Positions 1-15,605 of a stretch of 64,000 nucleotides of DNA are shown here, one piece after another. Numbering within the stretch: position 1 is the stretch's first letter; the number at the start of each line of letters is the position of its first letter. A program made the translations under genes and the position numbers. Origin of the DNA: the human T2T-CHM13v2.0 reference genome, Homo sapiens; NCBI RefSeq assembly GCF_009914755.1, contig NC_060925.1. One strand, written 5' to 3'. Under the pieces are notes generated by a model, which was not told the DNA's origin, made no database searches, and saw only the letters and a program-made list of their open reading frames with translations.

Positions 1-110
1 GGAGAATTGCTTAAGCCTAGGAGGTGGAGGTTATAGTGAGCTGAGATCGTGCCACTGCACTCCAATCTGGGTGACAGAGTGAGACCCTGTCTCAAAAAAA
101 AAAAAAAAAA
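1..110 (+). mobile_element. Alu right-arm 3' end (cut by window edge)
   Basis: Alu consensus plus poly(A). Confidence 0.9.
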
Positions 111-372
111 AGTGAGAGAAATTGAACAAGATGGTTTGATATTTGACCCCATAAAGTTGTCAACATTTGCCTAGTTGTAGTAAAATAGAGTACCATTTTG
201 TACTTGTTGTGAACATGGTGCTTTTTTCTCCCTCCAAATCTTAGTGCATGATCCGTAAAGGTTATTGAATTGTTTTTCAACTTCTTAAAGGAAAAATTTC
301 AGTTAAAATTTTAGGCACTTATTCTAAATGAATTGAGTTTATATATTTGTCACTAGAAAATTACTATCTTTA

Positions 373-663
373 GGTCAGGCATGGTGGCTCATGCCTGTAA
401 TCCCAGCACTTTGGGAGGCCGAGGTGGGTAGATCACCTGAGGTTAGGAGTTCGAGACCAGCCTGGCCAACATGGTAAAACCCCATCTCTACTGAAAATAC
501 AGAAATTAGCCAGGCATGGTGGTGCACGCCTGTAATCCCAGCTGCTTGGGAGGCTGAGGCACGTGAATTGCTTGAACCTGGGAAGCAGAGGTTGCAGTGA
601 GCAGAGATGGTGCTCCAGCCTAGGCGACAGAGCAAGACCCTGTCTGAACAACAACAACAAAAA
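373..663 (+). mobile_element. Alu (S-type)
   Basis: full dimer with (CAA)n tail. Confidence 0.9.
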
Positions 664-1189
664 GCCACGATTTTTAGTTCAATAGTAGCTTGTAATTGTA
701 GTTATAGTATTTGTAAGTTGCTATGGTTTTGAGTGTTGCTTTTAAGACTGTTGTTAGTTACCCACTAAGTTTTAATTGCAAGGAAATTTCAGAGAATGTG
801 AAAAAGTTTTGGTTAAGACTGGAAAATATCTATTCTTGCTTTCCTCAAAACTGGCTTCAGTGATTACTTAATGACAGCAGAATGCTTTGAAAATATGCTC
901 TTTAAAGTCTAGCTGTTACTAAAATACCATAATAACTTATATGTAAGTGATAGTTGCTTTTTTGTTGTTGCTGCAACTGTGGTAAGAGGAAAGCATTATT
1001 AGCAAAATCCTTAAGAAAAATATAGTATAAAAAACTGGTAAATAGAGAATTTACAAAAATGGAATGTGGGTGAGAACATGAGACACATGTGTATAGGTTT
1101 GACATCTTTATATTCATTTGAATTCTTTGTTTCCTTGGACTTTGCAGGTAAGGTTGTTTTTTCTTTTTGACAAACTGTATAATAATAAT

Positions 1190-1631
<442 letters not shown>

Positions 1632-2181
1632 TGACCATTTCTTCTAATGGAAGTTCCTATATGACAGAGAGACATGGATGATATTAGGATCTTGTTTATT
1701 CTCATCAAACTTTATACTCAATTATAGTCAGCAAATAAACTATTTAGAGTTTTCTTTTCATTTGCTGACTACCTTACCGTTAACTTATTATTTAGTAAGC
1801 AAGAACAAATTTAACCAGCAATTTCGGGAATGAGAAAAGGAGTAAAGAATATATATGGCTTCTGTAATCCGAAAACAGAAAACTCACCATAACCTGGGTA
1901 ATTGAAAGAGTTGCTTTTGTAAAATGTGCCGTTGAAATACTCTTTAAAAAGGGGGTTGGGAGTGTGGGCTGCCTCAAATCTTAACATCGAAGCTAAAGAT
2001 AACATTTAATTTATCACATATTTATTGTATACTTGGATAAAATGAAAACTCCATTGAGGGAGTCTTAAGAATTTGGGATGATATGGTTGTTGTAACTGAG
2101 TGATAAATATAGTTATCTTGGTGTCTTTAATATTTGAGAGTAAAAGCATTTTTAAAATCAATTGTATGATTCTTTTAATAA

Positions 2182-2705
<524 letters not shown>

Positions 2706-2929
2706 GGATATATTTATCTGAACATTATAGCTATGAAGAATAAAGATATCCATTAAGCAAACTGGATTATGGGAAATATCTTAAATTTTTCTTTATTATT
2801 TAATATACAAGCAAAACTTCTTTATTGTAGAAAAATTAGAATATAGAAATTAACACAAAGGAAAAAAAGTATAGTCCTACCACTGGGTTGAATGAATTCT
2901 GATATTTTTCCTATGTGTGCTTCTTTCAG

Positions 2930-3076
2930 AAATATGGCTACACACACCTTTCTGCAGGAGAGCTGCTTCGTGATGAAAGGAAGAACCCAGATTCACAGTA
3001 TGGTGAACTTATTGAAAAGTACATTAAAGAAGGAAAGATTGTACCAGTTGAGATAACCATCAGTTTATTAAAGAGG
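2930..3076 (+). CDS. CMPK1: CMPK1 coding exon 2 ([18 protein letters not shown]...ITISLLKR), UMP-CMP kinase NMP-binding region
   Basis: ttctttcag acceptor ending 2929, AGG|gtaagg donor at 3077; 147 nt, phase 0/0; peptide matches adenylate-kinase-family HLSAGELLR motif. Confidence 0.97.
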
Positions 3077-3140
3077 GTAAGGAGTGTGAATGCCAACCAG
3101 TTCAAACCAGCGAGGAAAGAAGAAATTAAATTCACCTTTT

Positions 3141-3430
3141 GGCCAGGCAGTTGCTCATGCTTGTGATCCCAGCATTTTGGGAAGCCAAAGCAAGAGGATC
3201 ACTTGAGGCCAGGAATTCAAGACCAGCCTGGACAACCTAGTGAAACCCCATCTCTACAAAAAAATTTTTTAAAAAGCCATGCGTGGTGGCATATGCCTGT
3301 AGTCCCAGCTGCTTGTGAGACAGAGGCAGAAGGATTGCTTGACCCCAGAAGTTCAAGTCCAGCCTGGGAAACATAGTGAGACCTCCTCTCAAAAATAAAT
3401 AAATAAACAACAATAATAATAAAAATAAAT
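3141..3430 (+). mobile_element. Alu (J-like)
   Basis: diverged Alu dimer, A-rich tail. Confidence 0.88.
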
Positions 3431-3465
3431 CCACCTTTCATATGTGTAATGAAAAATATCAAAGA

Positions 3466-3765
<300 letters not shown>

Positions 3766-3897
3766 TCAGAGTATTGAATTTCTTGCTTGTGGAAGGTGGT
3801 TATGCTTGAGAATGGCAGAACTGGAAACTTTGCTTTCACCTGGGAAGAAAGCGGACAGTGGCAAGGATTCTCTGCTTTGATTTAGGATCACCTATAG

Positions 3898-4674
<777 letters not shown>

Positions 4675-4807
4675 CTTTCTCTGTTTTTTAACCCACGTCC
4701 CTCTCATCATTGATGTTCGCTCAGCCATGGTGTCTACTTTTCTGGTGTATCACCATCTTCAATGTGAAATGCTAAGACTTAAGAACTTTTAAAACTAAAA
4801 TATGTCA

Positions 4808-5475
<668 letters not shown>

Positions 5476-5869
5476 TTACTAGGTAACTCTTCATTCTAGA
5501 TTCCTAGAACTATAATCATTAACAGGTATTTTCACATAGAAGAACAGTGAGGGAGAAAAAGAAATGCAATATTGGGAACAACAAGAAATGGCCGAAGCCT
5601 GATGGAAAAGAGCTATGTAAGCATCTGGTTGGAACTAAAGACATTGGGGATGAAAAGTGGCTTGTACACACATTCTTACCTCTTGTCTCAGAGGTTGGAG
5701 TAACCTGCTTCCATTCCAAAATAAACAAATCTCTCTCCCTATTCACTCTTTCTAATGTCCTTTCTCTGCTCTATAAAGCAGAGAAAGTATTATGAAAGAG
5801 CATATGGTTTTTACTTTTTCACTCTCTACTTTTCCACTCTCTACTTTTCAACCCTTTGCAGTCAGATTC

Positions 5870-6550
5870 TGTTTCCATCTCCATTGCAGCTGCTCTTGCA
5901 TGTTACCAATGATGATCTCTATCAAATAATACTTTTGTCATTATTTTTCTTGTAGTATTTAACTTTAATCAGTCTGTTTGAAAATCATTCCTCCTTTGTT
6001 CTTTATGACAGCGTCTCTTTTTCTTCTCTCCCTACTGAGTGACTGCTATTTCTCTATCCTCTTTAATAGTTATTCTTTTGCAAGTTTCCAAAACCATGAT
6101 GCTTCTCAGGGTTTTATACTTGGTCTTATTCAGCTCTCATTTCATATGTTTCTTTCTGGATGGTTTTAGCCATACCCAAAGCTTTCACTATGCTAATGCT
6201 GCTAAAGTCTATAGCTCTAAAACAAAATGTTTGTTTTGAATTCCAGACATATATTTTTAACTACCTAACTACTAGGCCTTTATTTGAATGTCTCACAAGT
6301 GTCTCAAAATCAACATGTCAGAGGCTGAGTGTATTGTCTAAAATGTGATCTTCCTTTACTTCCTGTCTTGGTTAATGGTTCTGCCATCTACCTAGCTACT
6401 CAAGGCATAAATCTGGGAATCATCCTATATTCTCCTGCCTCTTCCTCACTTTCCCAAATCCATTCAGTGAGCATATCTTTCCAGTTATTTTTCTTTTAAT
6501 CCTCTTCTGTTAGTCTCTTCTCTGTCATCACCTTAGTTCACATCCTCTTT
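5870..6550 (+). mobile_element. Degraded L2 fragments
   Basis: L2-like phrases (ttccagacatatatt...aactac...tgtctcacaagtgtctcaaa...ggaatcatcct). Confidence 0.5.
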
Positions 6551-6557
6551 TTTCCTA

Positions 6558-6773
6558 TTTTTTTTTTTTTTTGAGACAGAGTCTCTCACTCTGTCCGCCA
6601 GGCTGGAGTGCTGTGGCACGATCTCGGCTTACTGAAACCTCCACCTCCTGGGTTCAAGCATTTCTCTGCCTCAGCCTCCCCAGTAGCTGGGATTACAGGT
6701 GCCAGCCACCACGCCCAGCTAATTTTTGTATTTTTAGTAGAGACGGGGTTTCACCATCTTGGCCGGGCTGGTT
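6558..6773 (-). mobile_element. 5'-truncated Alu
   Basis: reverse Alu right arm plus partial left arm. Confidence 0.88.
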
Positions 6774-7416
6774 CTTTTGTTCCCTTTGTTTTGGGGCAGC
6801 CAGTGACATTTGGGTTTAATTAGCTTCCGTTAAAAAGTATTTTATCCTACATTAATAATTAATGCTAATGGTCTTTTATATTTGTCCAAAGCTTTGTGTT
6901 GTTGGACTTGAATTATATGAATAGCAGAGTTGAGCACCTGTAGAAGTAATATACTTTCCACTATAGCAAAACGACTTGGGAAGAGCAAAGGGAATAAAGA
7001 GAGGGTCTCCAGTTGCTGGAGCAAAGATAATGGTTAATGGTTATTTTCCTCTTATTGCCGCTCTTATTGTTTATTTATAACTTTGTGAATGTGTATGTGA
7101 AAGTAACATATACTTAACTGTAGAAAATTTGGAAACCACAGAAAAAAATTGTGTGTATAAAATGAGGTGGTTTTGAGAGGGGCATATACCCATAACCACA
7201 CCAACTTGAGGCAACCATCTTAATACATTGATAGATTTCCTTCTAGTCTTTTTTCTTTCTTTCTTTTTTTCTTTTCTTTTTTTTTTTGCTATGTACCCTC
7301 CACCCTTTACTTATGGTTTAAATAATAATAATAAAACACCCATGTATACACTACCATGCTTGAGAAATTTCATTTTGTTAATGTTGTATTGAACCTAAAT
7401 CTTCTTTTTCCTTTAG

Positions 7417-7569
7417 GAAATGGATCAGACAATGGCTGCCAATGCTCAGAAGAATAAATTCTTGATTGATGGGTTTCCAAGAAATCAAGACAACCTTCAA
7501 GGATGGAACAAGACCATGGATGGGAAGGCAGATGTATCTTTCGTTCTCTTTTTTGACTGTAATAATGAG
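7417..7569 (+). CDS. CMPK1: CMPK1 coding exon 3 (EMDQTMAANAQKNKFLIDGFPRN...FFDCNNE)
   Basis: ttcctttag acceptor, GAG|gtaatg donor; 153 nt; contains the NMP-kinase signature FLIDGFPR. Confidence 0.97.
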
Positions 7570-7976
7570 GTAATGAAAATCTTCATCTGCCCACATAGGC
7601 TTTAAGCAACTGTTAGTCAACTATTAGAAAAAACAAAGGATTTTTTAACTTATATTTTATATTGGCAGCAGTGTTTTTTGAATTGGTAGATTGGATGGAC
7701 GGAACAGCACTGTCTTGCTGTTGGAGTATTAAAAACTATTTGGCATTAGCAGCCTTGTGGAGCTAAATTTTCCTTTATTTTCAAAATAACAAGAATCAGT
7801 TTTGATTTTTAAAAAATAAGAATTGACATACATAATAATATTAGGTAATGAAGCTGAACTACTTTCTTAGGTAGACATTATTATCAAAGAGTATTTTGCC
7901 TTAGGGTGTTGTTTACTGGAAGAGAAACACGTTTCTGAGAAGTTGGGAAAACTTTCTGTTTTAAAGAAACATACAG

Positions 7977-8302
<326 letters not shown>

Positions 8303-8480
8303 TTAAGAGTGAAATGATCTTGAAAAAAGTAAAAAAATGTACTTTTCTTTCTGGTAGTTCTAATAATGAAGCCAGACATACTTTTGAATAACTAAATACA
8401 TTTCTCAGAATCATTTAATTAAAAAGCCTGAAGTAGTTAGTACCTTGAAAGAAGTTGGCTGTTCTTAGGTTGAATTGTAA

Positions 8481-8831
<351 letters not shown>

Positions 8832-9370
8832 TAAAACGTAACTCTCTTCTTCCAACCCCCAAAAATATGTTTTCATTTACCCTTCAAAGTTAACTTTAGA
8901 ATGTTACCACAGCTTTATAACAAGGAATGTTTATTCACAATTAACAAAGGATGCTTTATTCAAATGCAAATATGTTGACTCAAATATTTTCAAATTTATG
9001 GAATTATCAAAAAGCAGCCAAAAATGAAACAAAGTTTGAGGCATGTAATTCATACCTAATAAGTTAATAATATATCTGAGATGGAATCATACACATACAG
9101 ATCTTTTTATTACAGTTTGAAAAAAAATAAGCAGGAAAAACTGAGTCATGAATGAATTCTTATTATGCTCTGTACTTATTTAACCTAGTTTATATAAATT
9201 GAACCACATGTTTACGTTTAAAAGGACTTTGCATGTTGATTAATGAATTAGACACATTGGGTTTATTGCAGGGTTTTTTTGGTCATCTCTTTAAACTCTT
9301 GTTTTCTTTGCAGGTTAAAAGAATGGCAAATTCATATCTATATTTTTAATAACTTTGTATCTCTTTTTAG

Positions 9371-9447
9371 ATTTGTATTGAACGATGTCTTGAGAGGGGA
9401 AAGAGTAGTGGTAGGAGTGATGACAACAGAGAGAGCTTGGAAAAGAG
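9371..9447 (+). CDS. CMPK1: CMPK1 coding exon 4 (ICIERCLERGKSSGRSDDNRESLEK-R), LID region
   Basis: ctctttttag acceptor, AG|gtact donor; 77 nt; GRxDD motif. Confidence 0.96.
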
Positions 9448-9658
9448 GTACTTGGCAGTTTTTACATACAACCACTTCAATCCCAGACCTGCCTTATTTG
9501 GTACAGGAATAAAAGAGTCACATTTAAACATGTAAAATGGCTTGTTTAAGATGTTAGGTCAATCAGTCGGGGCAGATCCAGTGTTCTGTGAGCTCTCCTA
9601 TAACATGTAGAAGAAAGGATAGATACCTAGAACCTTGCAATATTTACTTCTTTTGCAG

Positions 9659-9755
9659 AATTCAGACCTACCTTCAGTCAACAAAGCCAATTATTGACTT
9701 ATATGAAGAAATGGGGAAAGTCAAGAAAATAGATGCTTCTAAATCTGTTGATGAA
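9659..9755 (+). CDS. CMPK1: CMPK1 coding exon 5 (R-IQTYLQSTKPIIDLYEEMGKVKKIDASKSVDE)
   Basis: cttcttttgcag acceptor, GAA|gtaagt donor; 97 nt; frame continuous with exon 4 (77+97=174). Confidence 0.96.
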
Positions 9756-9876
9756 GTAAGTGTTCCTAGCCTGTCTTTAAAAAAATATGTCAAATAAAAA
9801 TGTGATTATTTGTTTTGGGGTAAGCAGGAAAAAAAAGAAATACTATCACAGATTAGTTAGTTTTTCAAGACACTGG

Positions 9877-9972
9877 AAGCCAGTCATGGTGGCTCATGCC
9901 TGTAATCCCAGCACAAGTGTTCAAGACCAGCCTGGGCAACATACTGGGACTCTGTCTCTTAAAAAAAAAAAG
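9877..9972 (+). mobile_element. Internally deleted Alu/FLAM monomer with TSD aagacactgg
   Basis: gtggctcatgcctgtaatcccagcac joined to gttcaagaccagcctgggcaac, poly(A), direct repeats at 9867 and 9973. Confidence 0.75.
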
Positions 9973-10714
9973 AAGACACTGGGGACTAAATGAAAAATTA
10001 GGGTTTTTTTCCTTTCTGAGTAAAACCTAAAATGAGGTTTATAACTTCAAACTTGTTCTTCATGAGAAATGGGTGGTTTATGAATTCTAAATTTGCTCCC
10101 AAGCACTAGAAAACTGGTATTTTAAGAAATGTGAGTTGGATCACATGAATGGCAAGTCATCTAGCTCAAGAGCTCCAGGCTTCTTTCTTCTGCCACAGAA
10201 CAAGTAGCACCACAGGTGAAGGTTTCCATGACTTATCACTTCTCTTTCTTTTTCATAAATAGCGATCTCTAAATTGTGGTTTGCAAGCGCAACAAAATTT
10301 CTAGTGTCTCTTAAGGAACCTAACCTCCCTTTCCCCGATTCCCTGAATCTTCATCCTCTTATAGTCATAAGATAAAAAAGAAAGGCCCAGGGGAAGAAGA
10401 TTCAGGGAATCTTTTTTTAATCCATTGACACTTTGTATAGAGGTGAGGTAATACATGAGAAAACTGTGTTTTAGAATCAGAACTAAGAAGATAAGCCACT
10501 TCAGTTATATTTTATATTTTATTTTACATTTTATTTACAGTTTATATTTTATCAAATTATTGGTAGCCTCTCAAGAATATTTTGTCCTAAAAGCACTAAT
10601 CGAATGTAATATAGTCATAATTTTATATGTATTATTTATATAATATTACTGTCTAAAGTAAAATAGATGAAACTAAGTATGTGATTCAAAAAAATGATTC
10701 ATTTTGAAAATTAA

Positions 10715-11137
<423 letters not shown>

Positions 11138-11167
11138 TAAAATTATTATCATCTTTTTCCTTTACAG

Positions 11168-11209
11168 GTTTTTGATGAAGTTGTGCAGATTTTTGACAAG
11201 GAAGGCTAA
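11168..11209 (+). CDS. CMPK1: CMPK1 final coding exon 6 (VFDEVVQIFDKEG*)
   Basis: tttttcctttacag acceptor; TAA stop 11207-11209; matches the CMPK1 C-terminus. Confidence 0.96.
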   Translation, partial: VFDEVVQIFDKEG

Positions 11210-13300
11210 TTCTAAACCTGAAAGCATCCTTGAAATCATGCTTGAATATTGCTTTGATAGCTGCTATCATGACCCCTTTTTAAGGCAATTCTAATCTTTC
11301 ATAACTACATCTCAATTAGTGGCTGGAAAGTACATGGTAAAACAAAGTAAATTTTTTTATGTTCTTTTTTTTGGTCACAGGAGTAGACAGTGAATTCAGG
11401 TTTAACTTCACCTTAGTTATGGTGCTCACCAAACGAAGGGTATCAGCTATTTTTTTTTAAATTCAAAAAGAATATCCCTTTTATAGTTTGTGCCTTCTGT
11501 GAGCAAAACTTTTTAGTACGCGTATATATCCCTCTAGTAATCACAACATTTTAGGATTTAGGGATACCTGCTTCCTCTTTTTCTTGCAAGTTTTAAATTT
11601 CCAACCTTAAGTGAATTTGTGGACCAAATTTCAAAGGAACTTTTTGTGTAGTCAGTTCTTGCACAATGTGTTTGGTAAACAAACTCAAAATGGATTCTTA
11701 GGAGCATTTTAGTGTTTATTAAATAACTGACCATTTGCTGTAGAAAGATGAGAAAACTTAAGCTTTGTTTTACTACAACTTGTACAAAGTTGTATGACAG
11801 GGCATATTCTTTGCTTCCAAGATTTGGGTTGGGGGCACTAGGGGTTCAGAGCCTGGCAGAATTGTCAGCTTTAGTCTGACATAATCTAAGGGTATGGGGC
11901 AAGGATCACATCTAATGCTTGTGTTCCTTATACTCTATTATATAGTGTTATTCATGATTCAGCTGATCTTAACAAAATTCGTAGCAGTGGAACCTTGAAA
12001 TGCATGTGGCTAGATTTATGCTAAAATGATTCTCAGTTAGCATTTTAGTAACACTTCAAAGGTTTTTTTTTGTTTGTTTTCTAGACTTAATAAAAGCTTA
12101 GGATTAATTAGAAGAAGCAATCTAGTTAAATTTCCCATTTGTATTTTATTTTCTTGAATACTTTTTTCATAGTTATTTGTTTAAAAAGATTTAAAAATCA
12201 TTGCACTTTGGTCAGAAAAATAATAAATATATCTTATAAATGTTTGATTCCCTTCCTTGCTATTTTTATTCAGTAGATTTTTGTTTGGCATCATGTTGAA
12301 GCACCGAAAGATAAATGATTTTTAAAAGGCTATAGAGTCCAAAGGAATATTCTTTTACACCAATTCTTCCTTTAAAAATCTCTGAGGAATTTGTTTTCGC
12401 CTTACTTTTTTTTCTTCTGTCACAATGCTAAGTGGTATCCGAGGTTCTTAATATGAGATTTAAAATCTTAAAATGTTTCTTATTTTCAGCACTTACATCA
12501 TTTGGTACACAGGGTCAAATAGGGCAAATAATTTTGTCTTTGTATAATAGATTTGATATTTAAAGTCACTGGAAATAGGACAAGTTAATGGATGTTTTTA
12601 TATTTTAATAGAATCATTTATTTCTATGTGTTATGAAATTCACTTAATGATAAATTTTTCAACATACTTGCCATTAGAAAACAAAGTATTGCTAAGTACT
12701 ATAACATATTGGCCACTAAAATTCATATTGAGATTATCTTGGTTTCTTGGAAGAGATAGGAATGAGTTCTTATCTAGTGTTGCAGGCCAGCAAATACAGA
12801 GGTGGTTTAATCAAACAGCTCTAGTATGAAGCAAGAGTAAAGACTAAGGTTTCGAGAGCATTCCTACTCACATAAGTGAAGAAATCTGTCAGATAGGAAT
12901 CTAAATATTTATAGTGAGATTGTGAAAGCAACCTTAAAGTTTTGAAGAAGACTGATGAGACTAGGTGCTTTGCTTCCTTTCATCAGGTATCTTTCTGTGG
13001 CATTTGAGAACAGAAACCAAGAAACATGGTAATTACTAAATTATGAGGCTTTGCTTTTTGTTTGCTTTTAAGTAGAAAAACATGTTGGCAACATTGAGTT
13101 TTGGAGTTGATTGAGATAATATGACTTAACTAGTTTTGTCATTCCATTTGTTAAAGATACAGTCACCAAGAATGTTTTGAGTTTTTTGAAAGACCCCAAT
13201 TTAAGCCTTGCTTATTTTTAAATTATTTCCATTCAGTGATGTTGGATGTATATCAATTATTTAGTAAATAATCTCAATAAATTTTGTGCTGTGGCCTTTG
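11210..13300 (+). other. CMPK1: CMPK1 3'UTR (~2.1 kb, AU-rich, no obvious interspersed repeat)
   Basis: follows the stop; distal AATAAA 13276-13281 with downstream GT/T-rich tract; internal AATAAA at 12089 and 12222, ATTAAA at 11718. Confidence 0.85.
13276..13281 (+). terminator. CMPK1 distal poly(A) signal
   Basis: AATAAA followed by ttttgtgctgtgg...tttgttggttt U/GU-rich element. Confidence 0.8.
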
Positions 13301-13401
13301 CTATTTGTTGGTTTAGATTTCTGTTCTCTAAGCATATTGAAGATCAAGAAGTATCCTATTTAACATGTGGGTCCTCACACTACAAAAGCAGAGTTCAGGA
13401 C

Positions 13402-14004
13402 TGTCGATGCAAAGAGTCAAACTCTGTAAAATATTTGAAGAGATTTATTCTAAGCCAAATATGAGTGATGAGTGGCTTGTGACACAGCCCTTAGGAGATC
13501 CTGAGAACAAGTGCATACAGTGGTCGGTGTGCAGCTTGTTTTTATACATTTTAGGGAGACATGAGACATCAGACAATACATGTAAGATGTATACATGGTT
13601 CAGTCCAGAAAGGTGGGACAACTGGAAGCAGGTGTGGGGAAAGCTTCCAAGCCTTAGGCAGATTTAAAGATTTTCTGACTGGCAATTGGTTGAAAGAGTT
13701 ACTATAAATAGAAAGGAACGTCTAGGTTGATACAAGGTTTGTTGGAGACCAAGGTTTTATCATGCAGATGAAGCCTTCAGGTAGCAGGCTTCAGAGAAAA
13801 TAGACTGTAAATGCTTCTTATTAAGAGTGTGTTCTATCAGTAATTTCAAAAGGGAGGAGAAGTATAATGAGGCATGTCTGGCTCTCCCTTCCCCATGATG
13901 GCCTGAAACTGGTTTTTCAGATGAACTCTGGAATGCCCTTGGCCTAGAGGAAGGGTCCATTCAGATGGTTGTGGGGGCGCTTAGAATTTTATTTTTGCTT
14001 TACA
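13402..14004 (-). mobile_element. ERV1 solo LTR, MER4A-like
   Basis: TG...CA ends; minus strand starts tgtaaagcaaaaataaaattctaagcgccc...atctgaatggaccc as in MER4 LTRs; near-TSD ggac/ggat. Confidence 0.8.
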
Positions 14005-14379
14005 GGATTGAGGAAAATTTTTCATCCTGTTTTTGTGTTTTGGCTTAAGCAGAAAGCATGATTTTATCCCGTTCCTTCAAGAAGTAATCTCCACTGAGAC
14101 AAAAGCAGTCTATTTCATTACCTACCAGCAGCATCAATCACTTATCTCTTTTGGGGGAAGATGACAGTAAGCAATGTATATCAGGATGTGGGCTTTTTGT
14201 GGACTTTTGGCTTTACTCTTGTAATTTAAGTGGTTCACAAACATTCCAGTGGTCCCTGGAGATAATAGTGGCTGAAAGTACTGGCCAGATGAGGTCAGCA
14301 TCTTCTCCCCGGAGGTTTGGTTGTCATCTTCAAACACATACTAATTGCACAAGCAAATAGTGCTACAAACACTTTTTCT

Positions 14380-14690
14380 GGCCGGGTGCGGTGGCTCATG
14401 CCTGTAATCCCCAGCACTTTGGGAGGCCGAGGCGGGTGGATCATGAGGTCAGGAGTTTGAGACCAGCCTGACCAACATGGTGAAACCCTGTCTCTACTAA
14501 AAATACAAAAAAGTAGCTGGGCATGGTGGTGGGCGCCTGTAGTCCCAGCTACTCAGGAGGCTGAGGCAGGAGAATGGCGTGAACCCGTGGGCGGAGCTTG
14601 CAGTGAGCTGAGACTGCGCCACTGCACACCAGCCTGGGCGACAGAGCGAGACTCCGTCTCAAACAAACAAAAAAAACAAAACAAAAAAAT
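14380..14690 (+). mobile_element. Alu
   Basis: Alu dimer with Y-like right arm. Confidence 0.9.
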
Positions 14691-14857
14691 ATATTTTCTG
14701 CCTTCCAGGAGGTGTTGTTTTTTTTTTTTTTTTTTTTTTTTCGAAAACATTCTGATATAGACCGACCTTCCAGTGTCTTCTGTTGGTTAACTTTAATCAT
14801 TCTTATGTTTTCTATTTCAGTTCTCCCTAGCCCACCTGCATACTTCAGCTAAATTAA

Positions 14858-15188
<331 letters not shown>

Positions 15189-15256
15189 TAAACATTTATT
15201 TTTAATGAAAGAAAGGAAGCTCATTTATTTTGTACCAAAGAGAAAGGAAAACAATG

Positions 15257-15605
15257 ATCCTAATCACTTACTCCTTTATTTCCTCATCCCTGAAGCCAGT
15301 GTAAATACTCTCTTGGATTCAGGTATGCTTTTCTTTGGCTGGGTGTAGTTACTGTGTTTGTGATGTTACTCTTGGACCTCAGATAAGCCTGGAAGGTCAC
15401 CATCTTTCCTGTGGTGCAGAGAGCTGATGGACAAAGTTGAATTTCTGGCTGCCGCCATATACCTGATGTCAACTGTACCATATCTAGATTATCACTCAGG
15501 CCCACACCTTTATGGGAATGCCTTTATGGGAGTTCATCAGAGCAGAACCTGCTTCTCTTAGGTTCCTCTTCTTCAGTGAGGCTTTTCCTTCATGGCTTTG
15601 TCCTC
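15257..15605 (-). ncRNA. LINC01389: Putative terminal exon of an antisense lncRNA (likely LINC01389); 3' end approximate
   Basis: minus-strand acceptor cctcttctcttaccctctttatttcag| (plus 15606-15632) and minus-strand AATAAA (plus tttatt 15275-15280); name from recalled locus organisation. Confidence 0.6.
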
